From positions 1,264 through 65,263 of the forward strand of contig JAANXF010000013.1 in assembly GCA_018263395.1 (NCBI GenBank): 64,000 bases of DNA. The letters are read 5' to 3'. The notes beneath the pieces are model-generated. The model ran no database searches. It saw only the letters and a list, made by a program, of their open reading frames with translations, and had not been told where the DNA came from. Shown here one piece after another: positions 19,535-28,537 of the stretch; positions within the stretch are counted from its first letter, which is position 1; each line of letters starts with the position of its first letter. The DNA comes from Methanonatronarchaeales archaeon. Its GTDB lineage: Archaea; Halobacteriota; Methanonatronarchaeia; JAANXF01. A program made the translations under genes and the position numbers.

Positions 19535-19885
19535 ATGGCGGGCCTGATGGAGACGAGGGACCTCATCTTTGCCGCCGTCATGGTTCTCTCGGTCGTGGTG
19601 TTCTCCTACTCCTGGCTCGCGGAGTTCTGGGGAAGCTTCAACACCCTCGTGATGCTGTCCGCCGTCCTCATGATGGGCAGCCTCGCCCTCCTGCTTCTCA
19701 GCCTGACGGTCCAGCTACACCAGTTCAGGAACAGCATAGAGGACAGGGAGCGCTCCCTCCGCGTCTCCGTTCAGAGCGTGGAGAGGACCGTTGACGAGCG
19801 GCTGAACACGATGAACAGGAGCGTCGAGAGGCAGCTGGAGAGACTGTCGGAGCAGGCCTCAAAGCTGGAGAGGAGACGCTTCTAG
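19535..19885 (+). CDS. Hypothetical membrane protein (2 TM + coiled coil)
   Basis: 116-aa ORF with upstream TTTTAA TATA-like box and backbone-like codon usage. Confidence 0.7.
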   Translation: MAGLMETRDLIFAAVMVLSVVVFSYSWLAEFWGSFNTLVMLSAVLMMGSLALLLLSLTVQLHQFRNSIEDRERSLRVSVQSVERTVDERLNTMNRSVERQLERLSEQASKLERRRF

Positions 19886-20154
19886 AGGGAGACTAGGTCC
19901 GTTAGCTCCTCGACCAGCCGCTCCGCCTCGTCCATGTCCCTGACCCCCCTTGCGTCGAAGTCGCCGTCGCCGTAAAGGGTGACCTCAACTTCGCCTATCT
20001 TGAGCCTCGCGACGCCGAGGCCCGGTGAGCAGGTCGCGTTTTCCGGAAGTTCGTCGGCCAGCCGACCGAGGTCGACCTCCGACCCGAGCTCCCCGTGAAC
20101 GGTGTAGCGGTCCGGCTCGTCGACGCAGGGCCTGATCATCTCCACCACCGCCAT
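19882..20154 (-). CDS. Small hypothetical protein, probable single TBP-like domain
   Basis: 90 aa; RPC motif; VTLYGDG..ARGVRDMDEA resembles a TBP half-repeat. Confidence 0.6.
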   Translation of the reverse strand: MAVVEMIRPCVDEPDRYTVHGELGSEVDLGRLADELPENATCSPGLGVARLKIGEVEVTLYGDGDFDARGVRDMDEAERLVEELTDLVSL

Positions 20155-20404
20155 GGCCCGGTATTGCGCTCGACCAAAGTTATCCCTGTCGGGAGGGCGT
20201 GTGACGTCCCCTCAGCCCCGTCGTCGCCCTGCCAGACTCTACCCGGTTACGCCTCTACGGCCCCGCACCAAACCCGCCGCCCCCGTCCCGCTCGGCCACT
20301 CGCTGGCACGGCCGAGGTGGTGTGGCACTGCCAGTACAGATTAAAAAAATTTTGTATAAAATAGTCCAAGCAAAGTGCGGCGGTGGCCGGAACGGTCTGC
20401 GACC

Positions 20405-21571
20405 CTACCTATACAGGTGCTCGTCCAGCTGTTTTTCGAGAAACTCGGCCGGTACGTCCGGCAGCGACAGCAGCGTCGTGGTCCCCCGCTCACCCTCCCC
20501 GGAGAGGTCTGCGTCCACCGCGCCCACCCTGTCCAAATCCTTAACGTAGTGCCAGAACTGCGTGTGCTTCCTCGGCTTCACGCCGTGATTCTCACACTCC
20601 CGGCTGTAAGCCTCCTTTACCTCCCCGGTGGTGAGGTACGCCCTGTCACTCCTCCGGAGGAGTCTCGCGACGGCGAGGAGAACCAGCAGCCTGTTGTCGT
20701 CCAGACCGTCCAGCACCTCCTTGCGAAACTCCGGATGGGTCTCGCCCTTGGCGTACCTCGCGTGTTCCGGGACGACTCGCTCCGCCACCTCGTCGTCCGC
20801 CTTCTTGCCCGACTTCCACAGAAGCTCTATGGCGAACCTGGCGTTTCCCCAGTCCGACGCCACGTCGGAAATGAGCTCTACGGCCTCAGGGGACACCCTG
20901 TCCGGATAGAAGGCGAGCTCGACCCTCTGCCCCAGTATGTCACGCAGCTCGTCCCTCGAGTACGGCCCCAGCTCCACGACGTTGCTGCGCAGGGTGCTCC
21001 TCGTCGACTCGTCCAGCTGGTCCCGGAAGGACAGGTCCCTCGTGACGTAGATGAGGGATATCCGGCTCTCCGACGTGTCGTCGGCCATGCGGGACAGGCT
21101 GTAGATGAGGTCTCCCCCGTTCTTCCCCATCAGGCAATCCACCTCGTCGAGCGCGAGGAAGAGGTAGCGATCCCTGCGCCGAAGTATGCGCGAAAGGGAG
21201 TCGATCATCTCCTCCACCGAGTACCCCCTCTTGGGGTGCCCGGAGTCGAAACTCTGGAGGACCCTGTAAACCGCGAGACTCGCCGTGTTGTGCCTGCGGC
21301 AGTTAACGTGGACGTAATCGAACTCCCTCCTCTCCCGCACCATCACGCCGAACCTGCGTGTCACGGCCGTCTTTCCTGAGCCCACCCGCCCGGTGACCAG
21401 GGCGCTCTGAGAGGCCCCGACCCGGTTCTCCAAGACGGTCCTGAATATCCTCGCGAGTCGGCGGAGGTGCTCCTCCCTGTGAGGAAGCTTCGAGGGAACG
21501 TAGTCGAAATCGAGCTTCGACTCGTCTCTGAAAACAGAGGGCCTCCCAAGCTCCTCGTCCAGGAGACTCAT
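20405..21571 (-). CDS. cdc6: ORC1/Cdc6 replication initiation protein
   Basis: DYVPSKLPHRE, GRVGSGKT, VNC, LDEVD, GNARFAIELL, winged-helix C-terminus. Confidence 0.95.
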   Translation of the reverse strand: MSLLDEELGRPSVFRDESKLDFDYVPSKLPHREEHLRRLARIFRTVLENRVGASQSALVTGRVGSGKTAVTRRFGVMVRERREFDYVHVNCRRHNTASLAVYRVLQSFDSGHPKRGYSVEEMIDSLSRILRRRDRYLFLALDEVDCLMGKNGGDLIYSLSRMADDTSESRISLIYVTRDLSFRDQLDESTRSTLRSNVVELGPYSRDELRDILGQRVELAFYPDRVSPEAVELISDVASDWGNARFAIELLWKSGKKADDEVAERVVPEHARYAKGETHPEFRKEVLDGLDDNRLLVLLAVARLLRRSDRAYLTTGEVKEAYSRECENHGVKPRKHTQFWHYVKDLDRVGAVDADLSGEGERGTTTLLSLPDVPAEFLEKQLDEHLYR

Positions 21572-21577
21572 CGACAG

Positions 21578-21616
21578 TACTTTCGGTCACCGCGGCCTAA
21601 ATACTTTCGGCCACCG
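21578..21616 (-). promoter_or_regulatory. Tandem 15-bp direct repeats overlapping the cdc6 promoter
   Basis: TACTTTCGG(T/C)CACCG at 21578-21592 and 21602-21616; minus strand reads CGAAAGTATTTA (BRE/TATA-like). Confidence 0.6.
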
Positions 21617-21770
21617 ACTTCAGAGGTTAGAGGGGGTTATCTATCTCTGGGTAATCGCCTCACCGTTTTACCCTCCCCTGTACAGGTGGTCCCCGATGCA
21701 CTGTCCGATTTTTGGAAGAGAAAAGGGTGAATCAAACCGTGGCTAAATCTGACGGTCTGACGGGTCGAAG

Positions 21771-21968
21771 CTACCCGAAGGCCGTTATGAACCTGTACAT
21801 CGTGTAACCGCTCAGGGCCACGAGAACCGCCCCCGCTCCGAGGGGCAGAGCGCCCCTCTCGCTCCCTCTCCTGCGGAGGACGAAGCCCGTGACCAGAAGC
21901 ACCACCCCCGCGAGGAGGAGTGCCAGAGACGTCAGCACCGTTCCGAACGTCAGTGAGAGCACCGGCAC
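21771..21968 (-). CDS. Small 2-TM membrane protein
   Basis: 65 aa, two hydrophobic helices separated by RRRGSER. Confidence 0.6.
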   Translation of the reverse strand: MPVLSLTFGTVLTSLALLLAGVVLLVTGFVLRRRGSERGALPLGAGAVLVALSGYTMYRFITAFG

Positions 21969-22050
21969 GGGAGAGGCTTATCCGCGGCACCTATTAACGT
22001 CTGCCCGGTAAACCGTAAAGGCCCTCTTGCCTCGACTATAATGTACGCCG

Positions 22051-22716
22051 GTGCTAAAGGCCGACCTCCACATCCACTCCACGTTCTCCAGGGACTCCGA
22101 CAGCACCCCCCGCGAGATAGTGGATGCGGCGCTAGAGCGCTCGCTGGACGCAATCGCGGTGACGGACCACGACTCGCTGGAGGGGAGCAGGGCGACAGCG
22201 ACCGCGGCGGAGGAGGCCGGGGCTGACCTCCTCGTCGTGCCGGGGCAGGAGGCCTCTACGATGAGGGGGCACGTGCTGGTCCTCGGACCCGACGAGCCCA
22301 CGCCCCGGAAGAGCAGAGTGGACCGGCTTATCGAGTGGACCCACGAGAGGGGAGGAATCTGCGTGGCTCCCCACCCCTTTCAGCGGTACAGGCACGGGAT
22401 AGGGAAAGGCCTCCTCTACGCCGCGGAACCCATGGACGGCGTGGAGGTCTGCAACTCCCGGCACATCCTGCCGCTGGGTGACAGGCGCGCTGAGAAGCTC
22501 GCGAACCGGTACGGCTACCCCCGTCTCGGTGGAAGCGACGCCCACATACCGGAGATGGTGGGCAGGGTGTACACCCTCGTGGACGCCGAGCCCTCGATAG
22601 AGGGAGTGCTGGACGCCGTGCGGGAAGGCAGGACCGAGGTTAGGCGGGGACGCACGCCGACAGTTCTTTTCGCCAAACAGCTGCTGGGGACGCTGAGGAG
22701 CCGATTCACGGCCTGA
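22051..22716 (+). CDS. PHP-domain metal-dependent phosphoesterase
   Basis: DLHIHS, VTDHD, PHP, GGSDAH. Confidence 0.92.
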   Translation: MLKADLHIHSTFSRDSDSTPREIVDAALERSLDAIAVTDHDSLEGSRATATAAEEAGADLLVVPGQEASTMRGHVLVLGPDEPTPRKSRVDRLIEWTHERGGICVAPHPFQRYRHGIGKGLLYAAEPMDGVEVCNSRHILPLGDRRAEKLANRYGYPRLGGSDAHIPEMVGRVYTLVDAEPSIEGVLDAVREGRTEVRRGRTPTVLFAKQLLGTLRSRFTA

Positions 22717-23446
22717 AGTCGGCCGGCTCCTCGATTACCTTCACGCCCTCGAAACCGGCGACGATTTCCGCGTTCTCCCTGTCGACCCCCCGGACGTAGG
22801 TCCTCACCTCCTGCCCACCCACGACTGCTCCGTATCCACAGGGCCGGACCTCCCCTACGTCCTTGACGACGCTCTCACCCGGAGCCACGGGCTCCACGCA
22901 CAGGCCGCACGCCGTGCACCTCTCGAGGACTATCTGCGTCCCGGCGGACCTGTCGAAGGCGTCCACCGGGCACACATCGGCGGGTGGACAGTCCTCGCAC
23001 TCGACGCAGAGCTCCCGCCTGACGCGGTAGGGCGTCTCCGACACCGAGTCCTCCAGGTCCACCGGAACCACGAATGCCGGGACGCGGGACTTCCCGGCCT
23101 GTGCGAAGCAGTTCGTCACCAGCGAGTCGGATACGCCGTGCGCCATCTTCGCCAGCGTGTTGGACGTGCAGGGCGAGACGACCAGGAGGTCGTACTTCCC
23201 CAGGGCTAACCTCCCGGCCTTCGAGTGGCTCCTCCCCGCCTCGCTCTCACGAAGTAGCTCGTTCAGATAACCCCCTCCGAGGACGGAATCCAGCCTCTCC
23301 CCCAATCCGTACATCTTCAGCACCTCCTCCGCGGCACCCGAGAGAAAAACCGTCACGTCGTGGTTCACCGAGAGCTCCTCAATACGTTCCACGGACTCCT
23401 CCAGCAGGTGTCCCGCGCCGGTGATGCCCCAGGCGACGCTGCTCAT
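22706..23446 (-). CDS. Fe-S flavoprotein, dihydromethanopterin reductase (acceptor) DmrX/AfpA family
   Basis: AWGITGAGH, PCTSNTLAK..G.SDSLVTN, inserted 2x[4Fe-4S] ferredoxin motifs. Confidence 0.85.
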   Translation of the reverse strand: MSSVAWGITGAGHLLEESVERIEELSVNHDVTVFLSGAAEEVLKMYGLGERLDSVLGGGYLNELLRESEAGRSHSKAGRLALGKYDLLVVSPCTSNTLAKMAHGVSDSLVTNCFAQAGKSRVPAFVVPVDLEDSVSETPYRVRRELCVECEDCPPADVCPVDAFDRSAGTQIVLERCTACGLCVEPVAPGESVVKDVGEVRPCGYGAVVGGQEVRTYVRGVDRENAEIVAGFEGVKVIEEPADFRP

Positions 23447-24036
23447 CGCAGCGCCTCCCTGATTATTTCGACGGCCTCCCTGGCCCGGTCACCGCCCAGC
23501 CTCTCGACGCGGGACGCCTCCAGCTCCAACCTCCTCCGCAGCTCGGCCGCCTTTTCGTCCAGGCCGCGCTCCTCCGCCACCGCTGCCCGTGACGCGTGAA
23601 CGGCCGCCGAAATCGCGGCGCAGGCCCCACGGGAGAGTGTCACGGGCTCACCGCTCCCCTCGAAGGCTTCCCCTATCTCCACGGTGAAAACGGTCAGCTC
23701 CGACTCCCCGAGCTCGTCGTCCACCGACGAATCCCGCTGATCCAAAACCTCGAAGGGCGCGTACCACTCGGCCGACGCCAGCCTGGTCGGCCGCTCCCGA
23801 AGCTCGACCCCTTCTCCCAGAGACGCCACGGCGATGGTGACGGGGTCCCTCGTCACGTTCAGGACGCCCTCACCGGTTCTCTTCAGGTTCCTCCTCGTCG
23901 AGCCCTCGAAGACCCTGAGCAAGAACGCCCCGTCCCTCTCGATCAGCCCCATGGGGGCAGCGTTTCCGCCGCCCGGACCGTCCGTGGTGACCACGACCTC
24001 CGACACCCCGTTCTGCACGAACCTCACGGTCTCCAC
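23443..24036 (-). CDS. DUF447 family protein
   Basis: EVVVTT...NAAPMG, FEGSTRRNL, AAVHASR. Confidence 0.85.
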   Translation of the reverse strand: METVRFVQNGVSEVVVTTDGPGGGNAAPMGLIERDGAFLLRVFEGSTRRNLKRTGEGVLNVTRDPVTIAVASLGEGVELRERPTRLASAEWYAPFEVLDQRDSSVDDELGESELTVFTVEIGEAFEGSGEPVTLSRGACAAISAAVHASRAAVAEERGLDEKAAELRRRLELEASRVERLGGDRAREAVEIIREALR

Positions 24037-24860
24037 CCCTCGAGCAGGTTAACGAAAATTGCGGCACCGAGTATGTCCGCCGAACTCCCCGGGTTCACGC
24101 CCGCGTAATTCATCTCCCTGTCCAGCTCCCGGACGAACTCCGCGTCGAACCCGGAGTCCGCCACCTCCCCGAACCTCTCCCTGTACCTCCTGTACGCCTC
24201 CTCGCCGTGTCTCTTCCGGATGAAGGAGTCCCCCTTCGCAGCGACCTTCACGAAGGTATTCACCGCCGCCTCGTTAAATCCCCTGTCCTCCAGCTGCTCC
24301 GAGAGGAACCTCGACGCACCCCTGGTCCTGGGAAACCCGTCGACCAGTTCGCGCGCCACGTCGTCCCCTCTCGACGTTTCCATGAGCTCCGAAAAACGTA
24401 GCCCTCTACCCCTTATCTCCTCCTCCACCCCCTCAGAGTAGACGTCCAGCGACGCCCTCTCCCCCAGACCACCGACCCCGGCCTCCCGCAGAGCCCTCAC
24501 GTACAGCACGGAGTCCTCTACACCGGCCTCCTCCACCGCCCGGGACGCGCCCCCGAAACCGGTCCCCGGAAACCCCGTCGCCAGCGGGACGAGGAGCGTG
24601 AGGGCACCAAAGTGCGTGTTGCCTCCGGACTGCGCCCCGGTGAAGCTCCTCACGCCCATCAGGACCGCCTCCCCGAGGGACAGCTTTCCGGAAGCCGCTC
24701 CCTCCACCGCCGGACCCACCGCCACTGCCGACGCCAGGAAGTGCTCGAACCCGGTGTCGGGAAAGTCGTGGCACCTGTCGACGGAGCCGGGCTTCGGAGT
24801 AACGGATACCTCCAGTGCCAGCGCCGTCTGAGCCAGTCCACCGACCCCGTCACGACCCAT
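24024..24860 (-). CDS. CitG-family (triphosphoribosyl-dephospho-CoA synthase-like) protein
   Basis: LEVSVTPKPGSVDR, GGNTHFG, NPGSSAD. Confidence 0.9.
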   Translation of the reverse strand: MGRDGVGGLAQTALALEVSVTPKPGSVDRCHDFPDTGFEHFLASAVAVGPAVEGAASGKLSLGEAVLMGVRSFTGAQSGGNTHFGALTLLVPLATGFPGTGFGGASRAVEEAGVEDSVLYVRALREAGVGGLGERASLDVYSEGVEEEIRGRGLRFSELMETSRGDDVARELVDGFPRTRGASRFLSEQLEDRGFNEAAVNTFVKVAAKGDSFIRKRHGEEAYRRYRERFGEVADSGFDAEFVRELDREMNYAGVNPGSSADILGAAIFVNLLEGWRP

Positions 24861-25578
24861 CGATAACCACCTCCCCCCTGGGCTCCAGCGCCTCGGCCAG
24901 CTTCGCGAAGAGCGACGGCTCCGTGAGTGCGGGTCTCGCGGCCGAAACCACGTCGGCCCCGGCATCCATCATCGCCTCTGCGTCCTCCACTCCCCTTACG
25001 GAGTTGTTACCGAGGATTACGCCGTCGAAGTTCTCCCTCGTGACTCTGATGGCGTCCAGGTCGTAACCCCCAGGGCCCACGGCGTCGACGTGCAGGAAGT
25101 GCGGCTCCACGGACGCGGCGAGCTCGCCGTCGTCCACGACGTTGGCCCTCGTCTTCACCCCCACGACACCTCCAGCCACCTTCACCGAATCGACCCAGGA
25201 GGACAGCCCCTCCGGGTCCAGGAGAAGGGCCTCGCCCGCCCCCACCTCCACCATCTCGGGTTGCCGGCAGTGCGCGTTAATCTCCACCGCGACCCCCCCG
25301 TCGGCCAGACGGAGCAGCGGCTCGACGGAGACGGAGCGAGCGTTCACGACGCACGGAACCCCACTGGACGAGGCCTCATCGGCCAACCCCTCGATAGTGA
25401 CCCCGCCGAACTCGTCGCGGCCGCGCTTCGCTATCTCCCTCGACGCCCTCCGGGTCGGTCCGTCGAGGGAGTACCCCCCGACGCAGGCCATCCCGATGCC
25501 CGGAACGGTCTCCGCGAACCCGGGATCCGTCACACCGGCAACTGAGGCCAGCGCGACCCTCCCCACCCTCATAGCCAT
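24850..25578 (-). CDS. Dihydrouridine-synthase-like TIM-barrel flavoprotein (archaeal MJ0144-like)
   Basis: LASVAGVTD, EINAHCRQPE, GNNSV, VSAAR. Confidence 0.85.
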   Translation of the reverse strand: MAMRVGRVALASVAGVTDPGFAETVPGIGMACVGGYSLDGPTRRASREIAKRGRDEFGGVTIEGLADEASSSGVPCVVNARSVSVEPLLRLADGGVAVEINAHCRQPEMVEVGAGEALLLDPEGLSSWVDSVKVAGGVVGVKTRANVVDDGELAASVEPHFLHVDAVGPGGYDLDAIRVTRENFDGVILGNNSVRGVEDAEAMMDAGADVVSAARPALTEPSLFAKLAEALEPRGEVVIDGS

Positions 25579-26459
25579 CCCTCGCCCTCCAGCAGCTCCA
25601 TCAGCTCCGAGGCGAACCGCTCCTCGTCCTCCCCGACCCGCATCAGGGTATCCAGCCCCACGTCGCCGTACCCGTCCCTCACGTCCGTCACGAAGAGGTT
25701 CAGCAGGCCGCCGTAGAACTCCTCCACCCCGCGGCTCGTCGCCCCGAACCCCTCCACCTCCAGGAGCCTCCCCGCCGGACCGCTCACCGGCCCGTCACCG
25801 ATAATCGGGGACACCGCCGCGACCCGCTTGTCAGAAAGCGCGTCCCGGACACCCTCCAGCCCGAGGACGGGTCCGATGCTCGTGACCGGGTTGCTGGGCC
25901 CGATGACGACGACACTCTCCCGCTCCAGGTTCCTGAGTAAACCCGGGGACGGGTCCGCACACTCCAGGCCCTCGAACTCCACCCCCTCCACCTCCGGCTC
26001 CCCTCCCTCCCTGACCCAGAACTCTTGGAAGTGAAGCGTGCCCGAGGGCGTCCGCACGAGCGTCGCCACCTCGTCGTCCGTCATCGGCACCACGTCAGTC
26101 TCGACGCCGAGCCTTCCGCACACCTCGTCAGTTGCCTCCGAAAGCGTGTGGCCTTCCGACATCAGCTCGGAGCGCAGTACGTGAGTGGCCCGGTCCCTGT
26201 CGCCTATCCGCATGTACTCACCTGAACCCAGCTCCCGCAGCCTATCGTGTGTCTCGAAGGAGTCGCCCCTCACGCCCCACAGGTCGCCGTCCAGCACGCC
26301 CGCCAGGCCGTACACGACGGAGTCCAGGTCGGGACAGACCAGGTTCCCGGATACCTCCAGGTCGTCCGCCGTGTTCACCGCGACGGAGAAGTCGGCACCG
26401 ATTGAAGCGAGCCCCCTCACCAGCTTAACGGTCCCGGTGCCGCCGGAGAGAACCAGCAA
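25569..26459 (-). CDS. cofD: 2-phospho-L-lactate transferase
   Basis: SGGTGTVKL, VNTADD, CPDLD, GDRDRATH, GPSNPVTSI, SGPA. Confidence 0.95.
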   Translation of the reverse strand: MLVLSGGTGTVKLVRGLASIGADFSVAVNTADDLEVSGNLVCPDLDSVVYGLAGVLDGDLWGVRGDSFETHDRLRELGSGEYMRIGDRDRATHVLRSELMSEGHTLSEATDEVCGRLGVETDVVPMTDDEVATLVRTPSGTLHFQEFWVREGGEPEVEGVEFEGLECADPSPGLLRNLERESVVVIGPSNPVTSIGPVLGLEGVRDALSDKRVAAVSPIIGDGPVSGPAGRLLEVEGFGATSRGVEEFYGGLLNLFVTDVRDGYGDVGLDTLMRVGEDEERFASELMELLEGEGWL

Positions 26460-26462
26460 GCG

Positions 26463-27179
26463 TCACCACCTCCCCGGCGAGAAGAGCCTGTCGGCGCGCT
26501 GCCTACCTATCGACGATACCGTACCGTCCCCCCCGAACTCCAGCCCGCTAACCACCGCGGCTGGAACCCCCCTGGCGGACTCCCCGAAGAGCAGGTTTGC
26601 AGCCGAGGCCAGCTCGTCAGCAATGCACTGTACGCTGCCCTCCAGTTCCCTGCCGAAAAGGTCCTCCTCGCCGACGTGTGACGCCAGGGGCTCTAGGCCC
26701 GCGCAGCCGATGGCCACACCCACGGCGCCCTCCCTGAACGGCCGCCCGGCGCTGTCCGAGACCACAACGCCGGAGTCGACGCCGAGCGCCTCCCTCAGGC
26801 GGCGGGCAGACGCGTCCGGGTCCTCCGGAAGCAGCGTCACGGTCCCCTCGGGGATATTGGAGGCATCCACCCCGGCGTTGGCGCAGATTCTGCCGTCAAC
26901 CTCCGTTATGACGGTGTGGGGCGCCGTCGCCAGCACCTCGCCCTCGTCCAGAATCACCTGACAGAGTGCCGGGTCCTTGCCCGTCTCCCCCGCCAGCTCA
27001 ACCGCCTCCCCGGAGACCTCCACCCCGGAGAGCTCGACGACCCTTCCCTCTGCCCTCGAAACCACGGACTGCGCCACCACCAGGACGTCTCCGCCACCCA
27101 CCTCGCCCCGCAGCATCTCGCCCAGGTCGTCACCCTCGTTCACGATGGGAAGCTTGATTCCCAGGACGGAGTACCTCAT
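26463..27179 (-). CDS. cofE: Coenzyme F420-0:L-glutamate ligase
   Basis: GDDL, VSRAEG, ANAGVDASN, DSAGRPFR, ADELAS; true start lies well inside the 459-aa ORF. Confidence 0.92.
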   Translation of the reverse strand: MRYSVLGIKLPIVNEGDDLGEMLRGEVGGGDVLVVAQSVVSRAEGRVVELSGVEVSGEAVELAGETGKDPALCQVILDEGEVLATAPHTVITEVDGRICANAGVDASNIPEGTVTLLPEDPDASARRLREALGVDSGVVVSDSAGRPFREGAVGVAIGCAGLEPLASHVGEEDLFGRELEGSVQCIADELASAANLLFGESARGVPAAVVSGLEFGGDGTVSSIGRQRADRLFSPGRW

Positions 27180-27367
27180 CACGACATCCATCGGTCCGGG
27201 AAAAGAAGGGGTTAACGGCGCGGCCGAAACGACGTAACCCCCCTCCCACCGGAGTGCGGCGGGACCGGTCGGGGAGGGCGAAGAGGGTACCCGGCACCTT
27301 TGCCGACGCAACGACGGGGACGGAGGGCGGCTCAACCGGGTGGAAGAATACCCGCGCCTCGGGGGCC

Positions 27368-28393
27368 TCATACCCCCGGCAGAAGCGCGGTCACGTCCGC
27401 CGCCTCCACCACCAGCCAGAGGACGAAAAGGCCGTACAGCGCGAACAGCGCGTAGGCCTCCGCGTGGCTCAGGCTCAGGTCGGTTCGGAGCAGCGCAAAC
27501 ACCACGACGGTGAACAGCACCAGCGCGGCGAACAGCGGCAGGGAGGAGGAGAAGTTCACCACAGCGCCGCCCGCCACCACGACGCCCGCCGGCACCGCGA
27601 CCAGAAGGTCGAAGGTGTTGGACCCGAAGACGTTTCCGAGGGCCGTTACGCCCTCCTCCCGCCGCGCCGCCCTCACAGAGACGAAGGCGTCCGGCAAAGA
27701 GGTACCGACCGCCACGACCGTGGCCCCCCACAGGAACGCCGCCACGCCGAACAGCTCTCCAAGCGCAATGGCCGATCGGACCAGACCCTCCACCGCCACA
27801 AGGATGACGACCAGGGCCACGGCCAGCCAGAACCACGCCCACAGGACCGACGGCGCCGGCACGCGCTCCACCGTCGCCTCCCGCACGTCCTGGTGCTGCG
27901 TGAAGACGTACACGACGTACAGCCCGAGCGGCACCGCAGCCAGCAGCGGAGACACCTCCCCCAGCAACGCGCCGTCACCCTCCACAGGTCTATAGATGAC
28001 GGCGAGGGCGAACGTGATGATGAGCGCGGAGACCGCCAGCAAGTAGAACTGCGCCTCCTTGTACACGATGTCCCGGTTCGCCTCCACCCCTCGCTGCTCC
28101 CCCGCCAGCGCGGCGAGAGCCGGGATGACGAGTACGTTGAAAATCGCCGACCCCACGATGACGCCGACCCCGAGGTCGAACTCGCCGTGGAGCAGCGTCG
28201 AAAGTACGGCGGCGGAAAACTCCGGGAAGCTGGAGCCGATGGCCAGCACCACCGTCCCCCGCACCGCCAGCGGCAGCCCGTAGTGGTCGGAGAGAACCTC
28301 GGCGCTACGTTCCAGCCGCTCGCTACCCGTCCACGTCACGCCGGTCGCCACGGCGGCCACGGCTAACCAGAAAAACGCATTTGAAAGGCTCAA
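27368..28393 (-). CDS. Sodium/calcium antiporter (CaCA, YrbG-like)
   Basis: Alpha repeats GSSFPE and GTSLPD, GSAIFN/GSNTFD. Confidence 0.92.
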   Translation of the reverse strand: MSLSNAFFWLAVAAVATGVTWTGSERLERSAEVLSDHYGLPLAVRGTVVLAIGSSFPEFSAAVLSTLLHGEFDLGVGVIVGSAIFNVLVIPALAALAGEQRGVEANRDIVYKEAQFYLLAVSALIITFALAVIYRPVEGDGALLGEVSPLLAAVPLGLYVVYVFTQHQDVREATVERVPAPSVLWAWFWLAVALVVILVAVEGLVRSAIALGELFGVAAFLWGATVVAVGTSLPDAFVSVRAARREEGVTALGNVFGSNTFDLLVAVPAGVVVAGGAVVNFSSSLPLFAALVLFTVVVFALLRTDLSLSHAEAYALFALYGLFVLWLVVEAADVTALLPGV

Positions 28394-28537
28394 GTGGACC
28401 GGTTATTTAGGCCACACGCTCAAAAACCTTGAGAACCCGTGAGCCAGGGCGGCAGCCCGTTAACGAGTGAACACCCGTACCGGCACAGGGGCGGAACCAC
28501 CACCCCTTAAGTCTCCTCGACAGCTATTCCCAACAGA

